From: Heptranchias perlo
Taxonomy: Eukaryota
DNA length: 64,000 nucleotides
Direction: 5' to 3'
Assembly: GCF_035084215.1 (NCBI RefSeq)
Contig: NW_027138569.1
Span: 248,001 to 312,000, forward strand
Shown here in pieces: positions 54,022 to 64,000 of this stretch. A model generated the notes under the pieces. The model saw only the letters and a program-made list of their open reading frames with translations, had not been told where the DNA came from and did no database searches. Position numbers and translations under genes: made by a program. The number at the start of each line of letters is the position of its first letter. Position 1 is the stretch's first letter.

Positions 54022-54293
54022 ATGCCTTCGGTATAAGAGTGGACCAAACACCAAGAACGGCCACAAAAGAGGCAGGCGAATCCCTGACCATCAACTGCGT
54101 CTTAACTGATACTAACTATGGGTTGTACAGCACAGGATGGTTCCGGCAATATCCGGGTACAAAAGATTGGGTTCGCATATCCATTGGCGGACGATTTGTC
54201 GAATCAGTCAACAAGGGAGCAAAGTCTTTTTCTCTGCGAATCAACGATCTGACAGCTGAAGACAGCGCCACTTATTACTGCAAAGCTGAGAGC
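54022..54293 (+). CDS. IgNAR: IgNAR variable segment (VNAR), only the two canonical Cys (type IV/IIb-like)
   Basis: Acceptor TTCATTCAG ends at 54021. Reads (N)[90 protein letters not shown], with the short FR2/CDR2 typical of VNAR. Confidence 0.96.
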
Positions 54294-54331
54294 CACAGCA
54301 ATGAGTCTGAGCTTTCACCAATACAGAAACA
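54294..54331 (+). other. V recombination signal (22-bp spacer)
   Basis: CACAGCA 54294-54300, 22 nt, ACAGAAACA 54323-54331. Confidence 0.88.
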
Positions 54332-54528
54332 CCTTCTAACCTCCCGTGGAAGAAAATACGGATCGTTCCGCTTTTTTCACCGAACCTTTCACTGCGCAGC
54401 CGCTGATTCCTGTCTGAGACTGGGGGAGGTTTGTAAATAACTGGTGACAATGTCCGCAGCAGAGAACCCGGCACGGAACAGTTGGATATGCAGCGCGGCT
54501 GTTCTCCTTACAGTTACGCAGGTGAACC

Positions 54529-54607
54529 TTTTTTTGCACTGGGCTGTACCACTGTGTACTATGGGAGCCACAGCAATCGAGGAGACGGTTCCTGTAATGC
54601 ACAAACT
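54529..54607 (+). other. D1 segment TACTATGGGAGC (54557-54568) with 12-RSS / 23-RSS
   Basis: TTTTTTTGC-12-CACTGTG | D | CACAGCA-23-GCACAAACT. Confidence 0.9.
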
Positions 54608-54795
54608 ATCAGCACACTTTGTTATAGGAACAAGAGCATTATTTATCTGTTGCTTCATTAGGAAGCGTAGATACTCAATATTTTGGATGGATAATGCTCC
54701 TGGTTATAAAAATCACTGACAAGAAGTATTGTGGCAGGAATGTGGTTTGCAGTTTGCGTCTCGACCTGAGGCACTTGCATTAATGCACATGGCAC

Positions 54796-54874
54796 CTTTT
54801 TTGCACTGCTCTCTGTGACTGTGTGACTTGGTGTACCACAGTAATGAATCTTGGATTCCCGTAACACATAAACT
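54796..54874 (+). other. D2 segment TGACTTGGTGTAC (54824-54836) with 12-RSS / 22-RSS
   Basis: CTTTTTTGC-12-GACTGTG | D | CACAGTA-22-ACATAAACT. Confidence 0.88.
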
Positions 54875-55188
54875 GTACTCAAACATCTTAAAACAAAGTT
54901 AATACAGGTTATTCTCCAGATGGCTAAAACCTTCACGGTCAAATACTCACTGTCTCTGTCAGAGACTGGCTGATATATGAAAACCTTATGTCTATTAATT
55001 TAAATGATTGTTGTGAAAATGTTATAATCATATCCATAATGGAACATTGATATTTCTCCAGGATTGGTATAAGTGACTGAGGATTCTAAACGTCTACTTG
55101 GATCCCAATATAAAGACAATGATTTGAATTACTTTCAATCAATATCTAGGACTATCTGAAGGGATTTCTGTGATGTTTGTACCAATGG

Positions 55189-55256
55189 ATTTCTTGTGCT
55201 CATCTGAAACGATGTGTTGCTGGTGTGACACAGTGACTCGGGTCACGGCACAAACC
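55189..55256 (+). other. D3 segment TTGCTGGTGTGA (55217-55228) with 12-RSS / 12-RSS
   Basis: ATTTCTTGT-12-CGATGTG | D | CACAGTG-12-GCACAAACC. Confidence 0.86.
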
Positions 55257-55569
55257 TCTCCAACAGTTATTTGTTTTACTACTCGTGAAGGTGGCTGCAA
55301 AATGCGCATTCTTCCTTATGGTTGTTATTGCATTGAGTTTGAAATCAATTCCAATTCGACCTTTGGATATAATCGAGTTCAATTCCATGATATTAAATCA
55401 ATGGCCTGTCTTTTTCAGTGATACAAGAGTTCGCATTGCACATAGTAAATATCTGGATTGAAAGAAACTGACGGAAAATGAAGATGGATTAATGACTGCA
55501 GTGTATTGGAAAGTTCCTTGGAGCCATGTTGTTTTGGTGTATTTATTACCGCACCTTTGATTCAATGAC

Positions 55570-55608
55570 CCTTTTTGAACGAGGCTGACTGGGAGCTGAA
55601 TGACTGTG
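55570..55608 (+). other. J recombination signal (23-bp spacer)
   Basis: CCTTTTTGA 55570-55578, 23 nt, GACTGTG 55602-55608. Confidence 0.85.
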
Positions 55609-55659
55609 GTTATTACCAATACTATGATGGAGCTGGCACCGTGCTGACTGTGAACTCTG
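55609..55659 (+). CDS. IgNAR: IgNAR J segment (YYQYYDGAGTVLTVNS)
   Basis: VNAR FR4 motif DGAGTVLTVN; phase-1 donor G|GTAAGA at 55660. Confidence 0.94.
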
Positions 55660-56401
55660 GTAAGAAACCTCTTTTGCTACTTTATCACTAAGATTTTTTT
55701 CATAGAACATATGAAGAATTAGTGTTCTCGTTAAAATGGCCTTAAACGCACAGGGCAATAGCTGAAGCTGTTTTTGGAGGTTCTGTTAGGTTCACTGTCA
55801 GTTTATTTGTTTTAAACTTAATAATCTTTTCCAAAAGAGATTTTGCTCGAGAATAAAACGAGCCTATGCTTAAATGTATAACGAACCTACGCTTATATAC
55901 ATAACGAATGTCAAAATGAACATACATTTTAAGATATAACGAACGTATATTTAAATATATAACGAACGTCAAAACAAGCCTGTATTTAAATATATAACTT
56001 AGCACCTATGGATCATTTAAGATGCTGATTTGAATAGTTATGAATCTCACCGGTGTGATAGTTTAAACAGTTAGAACACAACCAGCCGAGTGCCGTTATT
56101 CTCCTCACTGTGGCGGCCCAGTATATTCCTGTTATACAGTATTTCTGATTCAAAGAATTTATACAATTCTGGGGCGAGGAAAGTTTGCTGCAAACAAGGG
56201 ATTAATTCAACGCGTAATTTAAGGAAATATTGAGTACGAATTCTTTCCCCCCTCTAAAATCATCCCTTATTAAATAAAAAAAATGATAAATTAATACCGG
56301 TACCGAACCTTTAAATATATTGTCTGTTCGAATCTTGACATTTTTGACTCTTTATTAACGGCGCATGCGTCACAGTGACCCAGAATGAAAAGAAAATGAT
56401 T

Positions 56402-56686
56402 GGGGGTGAAATTGATCTGATCGAGGAGCGCGGAACGGGCGATAGCGAATCGGCCGCCTTGAAACATGGCATCAGATTGTCCTTCACATTGACTTGGAAA
56501 ATATTTCCAATATTCTAAAGATCAAACCAAGTAAAACGGACAGTGAAATTACCCGAATCTCCAAAATAGAGCTCGAACTATCGTTCTGGGAATTTCAGTG
56601 GAGAGAAGGTCTGGCGCAGTGTAAAACAGGCCGCCGATTCGCTCGGAGCCCATGTCGCGTTACTGGCGCAGACCAATTTCACCCCC
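56402..56686. mobile_element. MITE (285 bp) with terminal inverted repeats
   Basis: GGGGGTGAAATTGATCTG ... CAGACCAATTTCACCCCC (17/18 match) plus subterminal inverted AGCGAATCGGC / GCCGATTCGCT. No clear TSD. Confidence 0.8.
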
Positions 56687-57364
56687 TCTTGGGGTCTGTG
56701 GGGGGTGGGGGTCCTGTTTTCATGGAAGCCAGTCTCCTGGACACACTTATTTCAGACAACAGAAACGCTCTGTTTTTAAGATTGTGCCGAGTAGCAGAGA
56801 ATATTGAAACTGCCGTGGGTTTTAGTTTGATCAGTGAAACTCTCTTTTAATGTCCATGTATAGAAATAAAGTAAGCGGTACCTTCATTATTTTATGCCTT
56901 GCGGAGAATCGTGAAGTCTTTAACTCACTGATTATCCTTTTTATTGTCCGTTTACTTATTTTATTTGAAGAAACAATGTGTTTGTTTGGAGCCTGAGTGT
57001 TGGTCTGATAGACTGGATATTCAGTCAGCATTTCGAAGAGAGGAGAATCCCAGAGCTGATGTGCAGACTAAGGGCGATGTTGTTGCCATCCCATGGTCTG
57101 GATATCGCTTGCCTGGAGATTGGGCAGGTTAGGCCTCGGTGCAGATCATGGGAGGGGCGATTCCGCATGCATGGGTACCAAGCGACACTGAATCCGAGAA
57201 AATACTTACCGTAAAAATCTTAAAACATTAAACTCGATCTACACAATTCCATCAAATACCCCCTGGTCAGGTTAGGTCGAAAAGAAGAATGTGTTTGTAT
57301 TTATAAACGCATCTTTCATGACCTCGCGACGTTCCAAAGCGCTATACAGCCAATGAATTTGTCG

Positions 57365-57990
57365 AATAAATCTCCCTCTACACTGTGTCATGAAACACTC
57401 CCAGTTCCGGAGCAGTAGGGGTTAGATATAGGGTACAGCTGCATCTACACTGTGTCATGCAACACTCCCGGTTCAGGAGCACGAGGGGTTAGGTCGAGGG
57501 TACAGCTCCCTCTGCACTGTCCCACCAAAGACTCCCAGTGCAAGTACAGCACAGGACAGATACAGGGTAAAGCTCGCTCGAGAATGTCCCGTCAAACACT
57601 CCCAGGTCAAGAGCAGTAGGGGTTAGATAGAGAGTATAGCTTCCTCTGAACTGTGTCATGAAACACTCCCAGTGCAAGTACAGCACAGGATAGATACACT
57701 GTAAAGCTCCCTCTACGCTGTTAAAACAAATGGTCAGAGGGCAGGTACAGCACGGGTTAGATACAGAGTAAACCTCCATCTACACTGTCCCATCAAACAC
57801 TCCCACCGCAGGTATAGGGTTAGATACAGAGTAAAGCTCCCTCTACACTGTCATATCAAACACTCCCAGGGCAGGTCCAGCAAGGCTTGGATACAGAGTA
57901 AAGCTCCGTCTACACTCTCCCATAAAACACTCCCAGGGCAGGTACAGCTCGGGTTATATAGATGGTAAAGCTGCTCTGCACTCTATCCAT
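57365..57990. repeat. About 67-bp tandem repeat (about 9 copies)
   Basis: Unit AAAGCTCCCTCTACACTGTCCCATCAAACACTCCCAGGGCAGGTACAGCACGGGTTAGATACAGAGT. Confidence 0.9.
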
Positions 57991-58898
57991 AGGAGAAGGT
58001 AGATTGCCAACCTTACCGGATACCAGAGCAGTTTACCTGAATGGCCCCTGACATGGAACCTGAGAAAATATCCAGCATAAAGCTCCCAAAATGTGGCAGT
58101 CAGTAATATTAGATAATACTGTCTTTGAACGGGAGCAACGAGATGCAGATTTTACTAGAAACATTGGTGAAGCGAAAGGTTTCATCACGGAGATAGCACA
58201 TCGCACTTATCGAAAGGAAAAACCTTCTAAGAACAGAAGGAGGTGCGCGGGCAGAAACTCCGATTGGTTCCTTTACACGGATCCATGCAAAATGTTCTCC
58301 CATGAATTCCCTCCGAAAACAACTGATACTCCCCAGTTTAAATAATGTTAAATCTTACACATTTCTCTTCCGAAATCACAGGCCCATCCACTTAATCTGT
58401 CCTTCTAATAAACCAGATGTTAACGTGTTTATTAAAAGCGGGTTAACCACTCGAGTAGGATAGTGAACTGAGGAAAGTGAAGCGTTTATCGTGGTTCCCT
58501 GAGACGGCCAACAGTGATTTTTAGGGTTAATTTCCTTCCTTGCCTCCTCTGAGCGAAAAAAAAGGATAAAGCAATGGCATTAATATCTCTGTCAATGGTA
58601 TTCGCTTTCCAACGATCATGGGGAGATCTTTTGATATAATCTTCCAATTTACACAACGATTACGAATTTAGTACTTGCATTCTGAAGTCCTTGTCCCGAT
58701 AAATAACATGTTCACTTCCACCTCGTAGTTTCTTTAATTCATCTTTCATTGTTTCAAAGATGTGTATCATTTTTTCACTTTTGCAAATCATCTGAAGTTG
58801 TCCTTTGAGAATTGTCTCTTTCTCTCTGACTTATCCATTTTTTCAGCAGCCATTATTTTCCAGGCTCTTGTAGGAATCCAACCCATCCCTGCCTATCA

Positions 58899-60020
58899 AA
58901 GAATCATAGAATGATACAGCACAAAGGGAGGCCCTTCGGCCCATCGGGCCTGTGCCGGATCTTTAAAGCTAGCCAATAGTCCCACTCCCCTACTCTTTCC
59001 ACAATGCACTGCAAATGCTTTCACTGCAATTAATGATCGAATTCCCTTTTGAAAGTTATTATTGAATCTGCTTCGATCACGCTTTCAGGCAGTGCATTCC
59101 AGATCATTCCAATTCTCTGCTTAAAAAATTCTCCTTATCTCGCCTCCGGTTGTTTTGCCAATTACCTTAAATCTGTGTCCTCTGGTTACCGATTCGCCTG
59201 CCGCTGGAAACAGTGTTTCTTTATTTACCCTTTCGAAATCTTTCATGATTTTCAACAGCTCGATTAAATCTCCCCTTAACCTTCTCTTCTCTAAGGAGAA
59301 CAACCCGAGCTTCTCTAGTTTTTCCACGTAACTGAAATCCCGCATCCCTGGTACCATTCTGGTAAATCTCCTCTGCACCATCTCTAAGGCCTTAATATCC
59401 ATTATAAATTGTGGTGCCTAGAACTGGACACAATACTCCAGCTGAGGCCCAACCAGTGATTTCTGAATGTTCAGCATGATTTCCTGCTTTTGTACTCTGT
59501 GCCTCTATTAATAAAGCCCGGGATCCCATATGCGTGTTTAACAACATTCTTAACTTGGCTTGCGAACTTCGAAGATTTTTGTACATATACCCCGAGGACT
59601 CTCTGTTCCTGCACCCTCGCTAACATTGTACCGGTTTGTATGTGTTGTCTCTCCTCACTTTTCCTACCAAAATGCATCACTTCAAAACCTCTCTGCGATA
59701 AATTTAATTTGCCACGTGTTGGCACATTTCACCAGTCTGTCTATGTCCTCCTAAATTCTGTTAATATCCTCCACATTGATTACGACATTTCCGAACTTCG
59801 TGTCATCTGCAAATTTTGAAATTACGCCTTGTATACCCATCCATGTCATTAATACATATCTAAAAGAGCAGTGCTCCGAATACGGACCCCTGGAGAGCAC
59901 CACTGTACACTTCCCTCCAGTGTCAAAAACAATCGTTTACCATTGCTCTCTGCTTTCTGTCCCTCAGCCAATTTCGTACCGAGGCAGCCACTGCCCCTTT
60001 AATGCGATGGCCTTCAGTTG
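58899..60020 (-). mobile_element. CR1 LINE 3' portion
   Basis: Tail reverse complement GAATCATAGAAT; peptide ALEMVQRRFTRMVPGMRDFSYVEKLEKLGLFSLEKRRLRGDLIE. Same family as 975-2416. Confidence 0.9.
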
Positions 60021-60439
60021 TGTTATGCTATGTACCTTGCATACTTAAGGTATATCTATTTGATTGTATATCTCACGATAAGACATTCAGAGCGCGAAAT
60101 CTCTATGGGCCACAGCACATATTGCGAATTCGGCTGGACGCTTCTGAATGATTCATCATTTATCCATTTTGGTCATTGGCAAATTTTGAAGAGCACGTTC
60201 CAGAATGGCTGGAGCCTGATTTTAATAAATTAGCCCCAGTCTTCTGATCTTCCCTGAAAACAATGTGCTCTGTATCTCGCTGTGCTTCTTTCCAACCAAC
60301 GTGAAACGGCGCACTCCCAGCCCCTGGTTTTCAGTCCATTGAAATTTGGATTTAGGGATTTTGGAAATGTTATTGAAGAAGTTGCGGAGAAGATTTTTCG
60401 GAAGTTCCTTGGATAAGTATAAATACTAAGAGTAAAGTT

Positions 60440-63375
60440 AAAAATTGGAACCAACTAACCTAAAGATGGGATTAGGTTAGAGATGTAAAAATAAATCTTC
60501 TCCAGGAAGATGAATGAATCGCAGAGATATTAGATAAGGATTTAGTCTCTGCTTCTACAGAAAAGTGTTTTGATGGGAATGGAAGGGTAGAGCGGGAGGG
60601 TGAGGAGAAGTTACATTGAATAAGTAGAGATAAGTAAGGAGTGCTGAGAAAATTCGTGCAACTCATTCTATCCTAGAATGTTGAGAACAGAGAAAAAGCA
60701 AATTGCAGATGCTCGGCCCACAAACATTCAAACATCCTAGGATGTGGAACTTGTGTCAGAGGACCGAGGTAATATCTTTATAAAAGAAGGGAGAAAGGTT
60801 TACACAGGGTAAACGTGGGGCCGTCGGCTTACTGTCAGTGGTGGATCATCTTCTATAATCATATTACTGGACAAAATTAACATTCACTTGCAGAGACATC
60901 GTTTCATTAAAGAAAGCTAGCATGGATTTGAAAACGGCAAGTTCTCTCAGACAGATTTAGTTCGACAGTTCTTCGAAGAAATCTACACATTTCCAGGTTC
61001 ATTTTTGGTCACTGCACCCCAGGAAGGATAGATTGGCCTTGGAGGGGTTGCAGCGCAGATTCACCAGAATAATACCGGGGCTAAAAGGGTTAAAATATGA
61101 GGCAATATTGCATGGACTAGGCTTGTATTCCCTTGATTATAGAAGATTAATGGGTGATCGAATTAATGTGTTTAAGTTGATTAATATATTTAATAGGGTA
61201 GATAGAGAGAAACTATTGTCTTTGTTGGGGGAATGCAGAACAAGAGGCATGACCTTAAAATTAATGCTAGGCCGTGTCAGGCGGTTGATACGATACCAAA
61301 TAATGGGTTTGTTAATCAAATAAAGTTGTTCATTTTCAATATTCGCAAAGGACTTTGCAGCGGAACCACAACATTAAATTATCAAGGAATAAAAAAAAGG
61401 AACAGTAGAGTATTCTACAGAACGATAAATAACGAAAGGACAGGGTTAGGGCCACAAAGGGAAACATAAGATAAACTCATAGGTAATGGGCAGCGAAATG
61501 GCAGAAATATTGAATATTTATTTTGCCTCATTATTTACCAGGGAGATAAAAAGATAAAACAAAATAAGACATTTAAAATAGAAAGGGGGAGATAATTGAT
61601 CAACTAATCAAGCATAGAGAGGATCAAACCCCCGGTCCGTATGGATTTCATCTGCTCATAATAAAATAAGTTAGGGAAGAGGTAGCAGACGCACTATTAC
61701 ATGTACATAAAATTCATTAGAAAAGGGAATAGTGCCAGAAGACTGGTGGACGGCTAATGTGAAAACTATATTTAAAAAAGGAGATTAGAACAAGTCCAGG
61801 GAATTATAGACCAGTTAGCATAACGTCGGTGATAGGAAAGATAATGAAATCTTTGCTCAAAGATGTAATAGAAAAACATCTAGGAAACGAAAATATAATG
61901 AAGAATAGTCAGAAAGCAAAGACATGCTTGACCAACCTTACTGAATTGTTTGAAGAAGTAACAGGAAGGTTAGACAAGGGGTAATTTAGTAGATGGAATA
62001 TGTTTGGATTTTCAAAAGGCATTCGATACTGTAGTGCATTGCAGATTCATCTGATGTCATAACATGTGGAGTCAGGGAACAGGTAGCAGAATGGATAGCA
62101 AGCTGGCTACAAATTAGAAAACAGAGAGATTGGTTTAACGGTAGCTGCTCAGAATGGCAGACGTTGGGAAGTGGCTTTTCACATGGATCAGTGCTCGGGC
62201 CACAGTTGCTGACAATTTCTATTAACAATTTGGACCGGGAATCAGGGGGTGTAGTTAATTCGAAGGAAGAATACGTCAGGTTGCAAGAAGACATTACTAA
62301 ACTTGCAGAATGGGCGTGTAATTGGCAAATGAATTTCAATATATTTAATTGTGAAGTGGTGCATTTTGTTTGGGAGAATAAGCAGGACATATACTGCCTG
62401 GATAGAAAGAGTTAAAATGGGGTAGACGAGCAACGGGATCTCGGGGTACAGGTATACAAATCAGCAAAAGAGGCGACGCATGTTTATAAGCCCATAAAAA
62501 ATGCAAACCAAGCACTGGGTTCATTTCTAGAGGAATAGAATTGAAAAGGTGTGACGTTTAGTTAAACTTGTATAGAACTTTGCTTTTACCACACTTTGAG
62601 TACTGTGTACAGTTATGGTCTCCATATTATAAAAATATATAGAGGCATTGAAGAAGGTGTATCAAAAGATTCAGAAGAATGATTCCAGAACTGAGAGAAC
62701 ATACCTGTCAAGAAAGATTGAACAGGCTGGGGCTGTTTTTTTCTGGAAATTGAAAGGTTCAGGGTGACCTGATTGAGATCTTTTAGGTAATGAAAGTGTT
62801 TGAAAGATTAATCGTAGAGAAAATGTTTCCACTTGTGGGGGAGTCCAAAATCAGACATCATAAATATAAGATTATCACTAATAAATCCAATGGGTAATTC
62901 AGGAGAAACTTCATTCCCCAATGAGTGATTAGAATGTGGAACGCGCTACCACAAGGAGTATTTGAGCTAAATAGCACAGATGCATTTAAATGGAAGCGAG
63001 ATAAATACAGGAGGGAGAAAGGAATAGAAGGATATGCTGATGGGGTGAGATGAAGTAGGGAGGGAGGAGGCTCGTGTGAAGCATAAATTCAGACATAGAC
63101 ATGTTGGGCTGAATGGCCTGTTTCTCTGCTGTAGTCACGATATTCCTCGATGATTTCAGCAACCTCAGACAGTTTAGTTGATTGGGCATGTAACACGCCA
63201 CATGAACACAAAGAAAAGAGGTAACGCTAAATTTTAAAAATCATTGCTTTGGCCAAAGGTGAAGATTGTGTACAGTTTCGGTGCCTTAATTTACCTAGGA
63301 TGTCAAGGCCACGGAGAGGGTGCAGAAGAGAATCACCGAGATTATGCCAAGGATGAGAGGCTTTAGCTATGAGAA
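60440..63375 (+). mobile_element. Degenerate CR1 LINE fragments
   Basis: LEGLQRRFTRIIPGLKGLKYE, PGNYRPVSITSVIGK, GSVLGPQL, WQMNFN. Confidence 0.82.
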
Positions 63376-63389
63376 GAACATAACAAAAA

Positions 63390-64000
63390 CAACAAGTATT
63401 TAGATAGCGTCTTTAACGGAGTAAAACGTCCCAAGGCGCTTCACAGGGACGTTAACAAACAAAATTTGTCACCGAGTCGCATAAGGGATATTGGGACAAA
63501 TGAACAAAAGCCTTCTCAAAGAGAAAGATTTTAAGGAGCGTCTTAAAAAGGAGAGAGGGAGAGAGGCGGAGAGGTTTAGCGAGACAATTCCAGAAATTAA
63601 GGCCTGGGCTGCTGAATGCACGGCCACCAATTGTGGGGCGATGGAAATCGGGGATGAGCAAGAGGCCAGAATTCAAGGATCGCAAAGATTTCGGAGGGTT
63701 GTAGGGCTGGAGACGGTTACAGAGATAGAGAGAGGAGAGGCGATGGAGTGATTTGTGAACAAGGTTGAGAATTCTAGGGCTGGAGAACGTTGCAGAGATA
63801 GGGAGGGGCGAGGCTATGGAAGGATTTGACCACAAGGATGAGCATTTTAAGTTCGAGGTGTTGCTGGACTGGGAGACAATGTAGGTCAGTGAGCAAAGGG
63901 GTGACGGGTGAACGGGAGTTGGAGCGAGTTAGGTTACGATCAGCAGAGTTCTGTATGAGCTCATGTTTACGGAGAGTAGAAGGTGGCAGGCCGGCCCGGA
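63390..64000 (-). mobile_element. L2-type LINE 3' end
   Basis: Minus-strand peptide KSLHRLSSLYLCNRLQPYNPPKSLRS...IGGRAFS..WNCL..LRLS..FKTLLK; tail GTGAAGCGCCTTGGGACGTTTTAC. Confidence 0.85.

Noticed and set aside
53838-55659. NAR-TCR cassette instead of IgNAR
   Set aside because: Three D segments and the IgNAR-type leader and FR4 fit IgNAR; no supporting TCR-delta V is visible downstream in the window.
56106-56398. Extra heptamers CACTGTG (56106) and CACAGTG (56371) as a further D or J segment
   Set aside because: Nonamers are poor (at best 5/9), there is no GxGT J motif or donor, and the heptamers are too far apart to flank a D.
60018-60440. Remainder of the IgNAR C1 exon after the LINE
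   Set aside because: I could not find Ig constant motifs (LxCLxxGY/FxP, WxK, YxC) in the plus frames.

Overview
Repeat-rich (well over half transposon-derived) cartilaginous-fish (shark) genomic DNA. Main content: (1) a complete germline IgNAR-type V-D-D-D-J cluster on + (octamer/TATA promoter 53711-53743, leader exon 53838-53880, VNAR exon 54022-54293, D1/D2/D3, J 55609-55659). Its recombination signals read 22/23 | 12-23 | 12-22 | 12-12 | 23. No intact constant exon lies in the 8 kb after J, only a possible C1 start cut by a CR1 insertion at about 58874-58900. (2) An intact two-exon class A GPCR of the shark-expanded GPR139-like family (5519-8768). (3) Two paralogous, degenerate C2H2 zinc-finger exons. 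(4) Two Penelope-like fold-back insertions, each with target-site duplications and a minimal hammerhead ribozyme on both strands (1164-1429; 33151-34538). The rest is many CR1/L2-type LINE fragments, Deu-domain SINEs, a MITE and several minisatellites. Most entries in the ORF track are LINE fragments or low-complexity artefacts. Family and taxon assignments come from recognised motifs, not database searches.
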